In this document: positions 56,219-64,000 of the stretch, one piece after another
How the letters are laid out: each line of letters starts with the position of its first letter
How positions within the stretch are numbered: position 1 is the stretch's first letter
NCBI RefSeq assembly: GCF_041146345.1
Contig: NW_027191407.1
Coordinates: 1 to 64,000, forward strand
From: Neodothiora populina
Taxonomy: Eukaryota
Reading direction: 5' to 3'
Length of the DNA stretch: 64,000 bases
The notes under the pieces: generated by a model
The model's input: only the letters and a program-made list of their open reading frames with translations
The model's database searches: none
Told to the model about the DNA's origin: nothing
Position numbers and translations under genes: made by a program

Positions 56219-57742
56219 CTAAGCGGTACGCATCTCCTGCTGACCATCAGTGCCTTCGATGTGTTCCGAAGTCCTGAAAACAGCCTGCATGGCATCGCCG
56301 AGGATGTTCATGCCCTCCTCGATTTCTGCCTCGGTGATGATCAGAGGAGGCACGAACCTCAAAGTGTTAGTGCCGCAAGTGATGATGAGCAGACCCCTTT
56401 CTCTGGCAGCGGTGACGACAGGCGTCGGGTCCTCGGAGAGCTGAAGACCGAGGATCAGACCCTTGCCCCTGACCTCCTCGATAACGTCCGGGAAGCGATG
56501 CTGTAGCTTTGCAAAGTGCTCGCGGAAGACTTTCTCTTTCTTGTACACACCCTGCTGGAGCTCGGGATCCGAAAGACGGCCGACGATGTAGTGTGCCAGA
56601 CGGGAGCCTAGGGGGTTACCGCCGAAAGTCGTGCCGTGGTCGCCGGTGACGATCTTACTCGAGACGTCCTCGGTGACAATGGTTGCGCCGATGGGAAATC
56701 CGTTGCCAAGTGCTTTAGCAGTGGTGATGATATCCGGGTGAGCCTCTTTAGGAAGAGAAGAATGGGCCCAGAAAGTGCCGGTGCGAGACAGACCGCATTG
56801 GATCTCGTCGTAAATGAGGACTGCGCCGACCTCGTTACAGCGGCGACGGAGAGCAAGCAGGAACTCGTCGGTAGCAACGTTGACACCGCCCTCTCCTTGG
56901 ATTGGCTCAATGATGACACCACATGTGTTCTCTGTGACTAGCTCGTTGATCTCGTCGATCTTGTTGTAATTGCCGTATCTGAAGCCGGGCACCATTGGTC
57001 CAAAAGGCTTCTGGTACTTAGGATTAGGAGTCGCCGACAACGAACCCATTGTGCGACCGTGGAAAGAGTTATGAAACGAGACAATCTCGACCTTTTTGCC
57101 TGACTCATCCGTCATCTTTCCATACTTGCGCGCAAACTTGATGGCGGCCTCGTTAGCCTCAGAGCCGGAGTTGCAGATGAACGAACGGGCAGCATCGTGC
57201 ATCGCGCCGCCCTCAATTGTCTTCTCGACAAGAAGACGAGACAGCGATCCAGTCCACGGATTATGGTACAAGTTCGAAGTGTGAACAAGAGTTTGCGCCT
57301 GCTGGGCTAGCAACCTAGCCATCTCGGGGTCGCAGTGACCTAGAGCATTGACAGCAATACCAGCGGTGAAGTCGAGGTATTTCCTGTTCTCCACGTCGTA
57401 GAGATAACATCCCTCCCCTTGCTGGAACATGGGCGCAGGCCGGACGTAGGTGGGCACCATGTACGGTGTCGAGGCATTGACGAGGCGGCTAGTCTGCGAG
57501 TCCGAGGGCGGGTCCGGTGTCGCCAGAGTAGCATCCTTCTGCAATGGGAGTCAGACCGCGTATAATCAAAAAGGATGAGGGCCTCCAACAAGTTATTTTA
57601 CCTCGATCGAGTTCTTCAAGCCTTGGGGCAGGTTCGAAGTGGCTGCCGGGGTGGCGTAGCTTCGACGAGCAGTTCGGATCACTGACTGCCTCGAAGACTT
57701 GACAGAAGCGCTCAAGCGCTGTGCACCAATGCGAAGAGACAT
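56219..57742 (-). CDS. ARG8: Acetylornithine aminotransferase, mitochondrial (1 intron)
   Basis: YLDFTAGIAVNALGH; NSGSEANEAAIK; FHGRTMG; DEIQCGLSRTG; TAKALGNG; HGTTFGGNP. Confidence 0.96.
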
Positions 57743-58028
57743 GATGTCTTGTTTTTTTTTGGGGAGATGGTATAGTAGTGACTTTTTGAAATCGCGGAGT
57801 CACAAAGTACAGCAGAAGAGATATAGTCGGAAGCGACAGGCCGAAGTTAGGGCAAGAGACGGCCAGGGCAGACTTTCTTCTTCGAGCAGGTGCAGCCAGA
57901 AATCGAGTACTTATATAATTAATTATTTGTCCCATTCCATCGTCATCAAATTTTGCCATCATCAGACTCGACCACAGCTATTCCGTGAATCAACAAGGAG
58001 AGAGAATCTGTAATGTCATGGGATTGAA

Positions 58029-60197
58029 ATGAGCGCTCCCAGATTCGTGGCCGATGGACTCTGGCAGTGTCTCTGTCCCTCCTTCTCCTCTTCTCTGTCA
58101 CAAACAACAGCTAGAAGAGCTTCATCTTCGGCCTTGTCCAATGGAACCAAGAGCCGGACGACGGGGTATAGACAATGCGCGACGAGCGCAGCGAAACTCG
58201 GCGTGAGTCGTGCGGAGGCGTCGGAAAGAGCAGGAGCAAGACCAGGAGGACTACAAGGGCTACCTCGACTACCGCGACGAGAACTGCAGCAACGAAGACT
58301 ACCCGCTACATACCAAAGACGACCTTCGTCCACCGCTCGCCGTGAAGCGATGGTCCATCATGACCCTAACACCACCTTCTACCACCCCTTGGCCGCCGCT
58401 TCTGCTGCCTCTGTTGATTCCTCCTCTCCGTCATTCTCCAATAATCCCATCTTCGACTCATTCACCGACCTCGACCCTCAGTCTTCTGCGCGGCCACGAC
58501 CTCGTTCAGCAGCCTCTGCTGAGGACCGAAAAATAAAGTACGAGACGACAACGGGCATCAGGAAGAGCGGCAGCAAGAGGGAGCTGAAGCTGCACGACGA
58601 GTCGACGCCCATTCTTTATGATATGGCACGATACGCAGCATCGACGGGCGACGCCACACGAGCCAGGGCCATAGTCGAATTCCTCGTGAGCGAGAGGAGA
58701 GAAGAACCGAATGCCCGACTCTACGCCGTCCTGATTCTGGCCAACCTGAACCCCCGACTCGGCGCTGCCTGGCGCGTGGCCGCGCTGCTGCAAGAGATGG
58801 GGACGGAAAATATCAACATGGACGTCGGGATCTGCCATGACGTGCTCAAGGTGCTTGCTGTCCACCTCGACTATCTGCTGCGTCAGGACGTCCTGCGGTA
58901 CATGGAGAAGCGCGGCTTCGACTTGACCGACGACGGCCAGCACGACGTCGCCGCTGCTCTGTTGCGCGAGGGCCACTTGGAGATGGCTCTGCAGCACATG
59001 GAAGACATGACTCCGGCGAACATCCACATCCGTCCCTGGCTGCGAGACTTGGCGACATATGTCATGAGCGAGAGCGGAAACTACGAAGACGCCCTCGACC
59101 AGATCAAGACTCAGCTGGCAGAGGGAGACGGCAACATCTCCAAGGCAGTCTGGTGGAATCTGCTCGACAACGCCAGTTCTGCCTTTAACTATTCCGTCAC
59201 GCGCTACTGCTGGATCTCGCAGGTCGAGCCGGGCTACATCAACCCCTCGGCCGGTCTCTGTCTGAATGTTCTGACAACTGCCGCCAGGGCGGGCGACCCT
59301 GATATGGCGACCGACGTCTTTCATCTTCTCGGCAAGCGCAGCTCTCTCTTTCTTCCAATCCACTACGAGCAGCTGCTCACCGCCTACATCAACGCTGATC
59401 CTCCAGATCTACGCGCCGCCCTGTCCGTCCTGACCATCATGGCCTCGGTCAAGCTCGAGCCCAACGCCATCTCCACGAGACCTCTGTTTCTATATCTGCG
59501 CGACAGACTGGATGCGCGTCTCGAAGCCTTTGACATGCTCGTGCAGATCAAAGCCTCTGGGCGTCCAGTGCCGCTGGCCGCGTTGAATGTCATCATCGAA
59601 GCCCACGTCACCGCTCCCGGAGGTGTGGTTCTGCAGCACGCCATGACAATCTACAAGGCCATGCACGAGTTCGCGCCCGACCAGGGTCCCGGCGCGCCTT
59701 TCCGTCCTTTCGCAGACGTCGAGACGTTCAATCTTCTCTTGCGCGGCACGTGTCGCGACCCTTCCCCGGACTCGTTCAAAATGTCTCAGTTTCTCGTGTC
59801 CGAGATGCTGGCCCTCAAGATCAAACCCAACGCACTGACCTACGACCGCCTTATCCTCAATTGTCTGCGTGCTAACCTCGCCGACCACGCCTTTGGCTAC
59901 TTTGCAGAAGCAGAGAGATTGGGTTTCCGACCCCGACGCACGACGCTGCACGACCTCATACGATATCTCGCCTCGGTCGAGGACCAGAGGTGCTGGGATC
60001 TGCTGCAGTTCGCCAAAGATTGGGGACTGGAGAATATGAAGATGAAGTCGGATATCGAGAAACTGTGGAGCCAGCCGGCTCTGCTCGACGACATGAAGCG
60101 CAGGGAGGATTCGGCGAGGGGCCAATTCAGCATCAGGAGTCGAGAGACAAGGGACCACGACGATCATGACGAGAATGCACATGGTCACTTGATCTGA
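58029..60197 (+). CDS. Mitochondrial pentatricopeptide-repeat (PPR) protein
   Basis: DGLWQCLCPSF N-terminus; PNARLYAVLI, ETFNLLLRG, IKPNALTYDRLI PPR-like units. Confidence 0.82.
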   Translation: MSAPRFVADGLWQCLCPSFSSSLSQTTARRASSSALSNGTKSRTTGYRQCATSAAKLGVSRAEASERAGARPGGLQGLPRLPRRELQQRRLPATYQRRPSSTARREAMVHHDPNTTFYHPLAAASAASVDSSSPSFSNNPIFDSFTDLDPQSSARPRPRSAASAEDRKIKYETTTGIRKSGSKRELKLHDESTPILYDMARYAASTGDATRARAIVEFLVSERREEPNARLYAVLILANLNPRLGAAWRVAALLQEMGTENINMDVGICHDVLKVLAVHLDYLLRQDVLRYMEKRGFDLTDDGQHDVAAALLREGHLEMALQHMEDMTPANIHIRPWLRDLATYVMSESGNYEDALDQIKTQLAEGDGNISKAVWWNLLDNASSAFNYSVTRYCWISQVEPGYINPSAGLCLNVLTTAARAGDPDMATDVFHLLGKRSSLFLPIHYEQLLTAYINADPPDLRAALSVLTIMASVKLEPNAISTRPLFLYLRDRLDARLEAFDMLVQIKASGRPVPLAALNVIIEAHVTAPGGVVLQHAMTIYKAMHEFAPDQGPGAPFRPFADVETFNLLLRGTCRDPSPDSFKMSQFLVSEMLALKIKPNALTYDRLILNCLRANLADHAFGYFAEAERLGFRPRRTTLHDLIRYLASVEDQRCWDLLQFAKDWGLENMKMKSDIEKLWSQPALLDDMKRREDSARGQFSIRSRETRDHDDHDENAHGHLI

Positions 60198-60343
60198 TCA
60201 TCTTCTTCAGGTTACTGATATAATATTCGTACAATTACATTCTATAAGGTAAGGTGTGATCCACGATACTCGCGCGGGCTCATCTTCTTAGTTGTCCTCG
60301 TCGTCTCCAAAGTGCGCTTGGGAATTCGTAAAACGACGAGGCC

Positions 60344-61759
60344 TCAAGCTGCCACTGTCTCTCGCCTACAAGCCCGCCTCCAGGTCTCCACAACTTCATT
60401 GCTAGGCTCATATTTAGTCGCAGAAGCACCAGTCCACTGCACTTCCGCTGCATCGGTTCCATTCGATGAAAACTCAAACCTATGTATCCGACCACCCACC
60501 CGCAGAACAAAAGATCGCAACTTCGGCATTCTAGCGACAGCTTTGCCAGCAACGATATACAAGTCATTCATCATCTGGGGCCGCACGGAAGTTCGGAATG
60601 TGTTGGCGGGATGGTGCATTCGTGCTGGGATCTGGGCTGGTCGCATCCAGTCCGAAAGACCTTCATAGGCTTCTGCGTCTGGGTCTACGTTCTCTTCGGA
60701 GGCTGGCTCGGTGGGGTCGCGCTCGATAATCCACTCGCCGCTAGGTGTGCAGGACCAGATGTGGAGATCGAGAGTTTGGAGGTTGGGCCATAATGACAAG
60801 GCTTCCTGATCAGTCGTCGGAGGGCAGTAGAAGTCGGTGCTTAGGACTGCTGTTATGGACAGTGATTCCAGTTGCTGGGAAAATGCGTGCATGCTCGCAC
60901 TGAAAGAATCGACGCCATCGGTCTTCGGTATTACTGGGGGACTGAAGTGCTGGTTTTCTGGCACCACACCTGGATAGTGCAATCTCATGTTGACGAGAGT
61001 CTTAGACTGTAGCGTCAAAAGACTCTTAGCGAAGTCCTGTCGCTCTCTATTCCGGAGATCAAGATCCTTGCTTTCTCGATCACTTAGTTCAGCATCCAGC
61101 TTGCGCAACCGCGGCAAACTTTGCATTATAGCAACGACAGCAGTACCCGAGATCAAGCGTACCCTCTTCTGACCAAGCACAGCAAGCTCCACAATCGACG
61201 AAAGATGAGGGAGATCTTCCGTAAGTCGCAAATAACTCGCTCCATATCTGCTTTCGAAGATATCCTCGACTTCTCCAAAGTCCGCGGACATCTGGCGTTC
61301 TTTCTTCTTGGCCATGGGCATGTGGATGAAGTCACTCTTGGAGATTGCTTGCACTTGCAGTGCGAGTCCGCCGCGCCGCGATGTGCCTTTGCCATCTGCT
61401 TCTTCGCCACCATCTTCCCACGATCCCAATGTTTGCCATAGATCTTTTAGTGTTTCGGTGAAGACTTTGTTATTTGTCTGTTTATCCGTCTCGGATTCAA
61501 CTTCCCCGAACTTGTCACCCTCGTATTCAGGAAGTTGAACAGTCAGATCAATGCTCCGAACCGCACTTCGGCGATCATAGGTCACGGTGTTGCGTAATTT
61601 TTGTAAACGCTCTGCATCGTAAAGTCGAAGTTCTCGAAAAGTCAACGACTCGACCGCGTACTTCCACGATTGTGATATAGACGCATAACTCGCCAGAGGT
61701 TCTTCGAGATGCGATGCGATTATAGCAACGATGGAGTAGGGCAGATTATTAAACGTCAT
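60344..61759 (-). CDS. F-box-like domain protein
   Basis: FNNLPYSIVAIIASHL...YASISQSWKYAVESLTFRELRL followed by LRR-like segments. Confidence 0.75.
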   Translation of the reverse strand: MTFNNLPYSIVAIIASHLEEPLASYASISQSWKYAVESLTFRELRLYDAERLQKLRNTVTYDRRSAVRSIDLTVQLPEYEGDKFGEVESETDKQTNNKVFTETLKDLWQTLGSWEDGGEEADGKGTSRRGGLALQVQAISKSDFIHMPMAKKKERQMSADFGEVEDIFESRYGASYLRLTEDLPHLSSIVELAVLGQKRVRLISGTAVVAIMQSLPRLRKLDAELSDRESKDLDLRNRERQDFAKSLLTLQSKTLVNMRLHYPGVVPENQHFSPPVIPKTDGVDSFSASMHAFSQQLESLSITAVLSTDFYCPPTTDQEALSLWPNLQTLDLHIWSCTPSGEWIIERDPTEPASEENVDPDAEAYEGLSDWMRPAQIPARMHHPANTFRTSVRPQMMNDLYIVAGKAVARMPKLRSFVLRVGGRIHRFEFSSNGTDAAEVQWTGASATKYEPSNEVVETWRRACRRETVAA

Positions 61760-62630
61760 TATGACAAGATGGTATCAAAACAGAGATCTTTCATCACATG
61801 GTTCTGCTGCTTTGGGGTTCCGGTAACGATAGAGTAAAAGAAGAGGCGAGGCGATGTGCAACAATAATATAAAGGCTCGACGTAACCTCTATCCGGGCGT
61901 TGCGAAAACATTGGCGTTCCGAAAGCCGTCTGCGCGAGATCAGCCATAACTTCCCGTACCTCGCTCCTCACCACAAATAATCTCGCCAATGGCCTTTTTA
62001 GTGCTATAGGTCTCTTGAACATGTTTTTCTGCCTACCAGCGTCCGGGAAAGGGCGATCTTAGCAGGTCAAGAGGTCATGGCGAAGCGACGATTTCTCTGT
62101 GCTTTTAGACATAAGTATTCCTAACACGTTACAATAAGCTAGGCTTGATCTGAAACATACTCTATAGTGTTCTCTACCGTTAAGCCTGCTTGACGACCTC
62201 CAAGTAGACTTTACGCTAACAAATGTTCTATAAGATAAGGTTGCAAGGGTACAAAGCGGGCTGACATGAATTTGCAGGACAAGGCTGCGGCGATAATATC
62301 ACAGAAGCTGGAAAACAACTGGCAGGATAAACAGCAGACTGCTTGTCAGACCCGCTGATAAGCGGCATACTGGCGCCGCGGGCCGTTTGTAATCCGTCTC
62401 CGCTGTCGCGCAAGTCTGCCTCCCGGACTCAGCTGCTCGTGCCATATTGCGCAAAGGTCTTGTACGTCAAGGCCCGGACCCTCCTGGACGCAAGACGACA
62501 ACTTGCTGCAAGTGTTGTCACTGTTACAAAAGCATTGCTACAAAAATTGAAGGGGCACCTGTGTAATCGTAAGCTTTCCGGAAACTGGACAGTCGCCGAT
62601 AACTTATCTTCGAATGCTTCTGTTTACAGA

Positions 62631-63473
62631 ATGTCCTTAGAGAAATTGGAGTCTAGAATGGTTCTGAGTGGTGAAATCGGTCAGGCCCTTTTTCACGTCT
62701 CTCTGAATCCAGAAGCCTCAGAAACAATCTGTTTCATTCACGGTCTGGGAGCCATGCACATGGAATGGAGGGATGTCGTTGCAAACATCAAAAATTACCA
62801 TATCATCATGGTTGACATCAACGGTCACGGGGAGTCGTCACACTTCCAGCCATACACCATTCAAAGCGCGGTCACCAACGTAGCGGCGACGATAAGCAAA
62901 CATGCGCGTGGAGGCTCGGCTCACGTTGTCGGTCTCTCGATCGGCGGTTTTATTACATTGGAGCTTACCCAACGATTTCCCACGCTGGTCAACAGCTCAT
63001 TTGTATCGGGTGCTACGCTTCCAAAAGGTCTGCGTAGATTCTTTTTCACACGGCCGACTTTGCTTTGGGCGGTCGATGCTTTGCAACTATCCCTGCCCAA
63101 ATCAGTCTATTGGTGGATATCTGAGATGCAAGGACTACGCAAACATGAAGAATTGTATGAACACGCAAAGACAAATAGGAAATGGGAGGTGTTTCGGGAT
63201 ATGTTACTTAGCGTGGAGAAGGTAAGCGAAGATGGCATGCGGCGCATCACCACGCGCACGTTGGTCGTAGTCGGAGGAAAGATGGATGCCGTGGAAGGGG
63301 CAAGAAATATGGCTCTGCTCCTGGGCGCAGATTGTGATGGATCTTGTAAGGCCTACGTCGTAAAGCACGCAGTGCATGCATGGAATTTACAGTACCCAGA
63401 ACTATTTGCGGAGGGCGTAATAGCATGGGTGGAGGAAGCTGCATTACCAGCAGGCTATGAGCAACTATCATAG
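62631..63473 (+). CDS. Alpha/beta hydrolase
   Basis: FIHGLG; VDINGHGES; nucleophile elbow GLSIG; GGKMD; VHAW. Confidence 0.85.
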   Translation: MSLEKLESRMVLSGEIGQALFHVSLNPEASETICFIHGLGAMHMEWRDVVANIKNYHIIMVDINGHGESSHFQPYTIQSAVTNVAATISKHARGGSAHVVGLSIGGFITLELTQRFPTLVNSSFVSGATLPKGLRRFFFTRPTLLWAVDALQLSLPKSVYWWISEMQGLRKHEELYEHAKTNRKWEVFRDMLLSVEKVSEDGMRRITTRTLVVVGGKMDAVEGARNMALLLGADCDGSCKAYVVKHAVHAWNLQYPELFAEGVIAWVEEAALPAGYEQLS

Positions 63474-64000
63474 ATCGATCGACACTTTGTGGGGACCAAT
63501 AGCGAGTGGTCTTCGAGCAGTTTTGATTTCAGCGAAAAGCGCCGGGCAGGGATACCTCAATCATTCTCGGAGCAGCACATGATCAAGTCTGCGGGGCAAG
63601 CTGTACAAAAGTTGTATACGTCCCACAAACTCGACCTCGATATATGTTATGTTATGTTATGTTATTCAATCTAGCTATGCACAGATCTGACGTAGTCATT
63701 GACCTTACACTATACTCTCGTTGCTTCCCTAGACTCAAATTCGCCCCCAAGTCAGGTTTGTTACGAGTGTGACAGGGATAGTCACTCGGTGAGAGCACTA
63801 TTAGAGATGTTGTTCAACTTGCGCGTGAGCCGCAAATATGCGCGTAAATTTACTCTCAAAAAACGTTATCGTGGCCCTGACCACCACCAGATTCGGCCGC
63901 CATCCGTGTCCGTCGACCGGCTTTCCCGTTTCATTGACTTACTGCCAGGTTAAATGGCAAAACTTCGGCTATCATTCGATGATATCAGCGCAGCCAACCC

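Noticed and set aside
62343..62630. N-terminal extension of the hydrolase ORF from a TTG start
   Set aside because: Non-ATG start in a eukaryote; ATG 62631 (or 62658) fits the domain boundary.

Overview
Fungal (Dothideomycete, probably Dothideales by ITS/5.8S) genomic window. Bases 1-20483 are the end of a tandem rDNA array with an 8518-bp unit (18S-ITS1-5.8S-ITS2-28S; no introns or 5S seen). Its IGS carries an internally duplicated promoter-like block and 16 GGACAGGG boxes. The array stops abruptly 3 bp from the stop codon of a secreted-protein gene. The rest is gene-dense and intron-containing: RRP42, GET1, RTT106, BDP1, a Clr4/DIM-5 H3K9 methyltransferase, RAD10, RPP1, INA17-like, SPT3, SGF11, a lactonase, PEX39-like, ARG8, PPR, F-box-like and hydrolase genes. 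The top finding is an accessory island at about 27-36 kb. It holds a head-to-head pair: a NACHT-WD40 NLR whose first exon encodes one copy of a Q-x-I-G-x-V-x-h-x(3)-[GS]-x-[GV]-x-V-G-h motif, and a HeLo-like effector ending in two copies of it. This is a candidate HET-S/NWD2-type amyloid-signalling cell-death system. Directly after it lies a RIP-damaged two-gene Tc1/mariner element whose ~200-bp TIRs each end at a start codon. Three solo LTRs, with evidence of a small inversion, surround the H3K9 methyltransferase gene. A decayed Kex2-tail fragment is also present. All calls are by eye; no searches were run.
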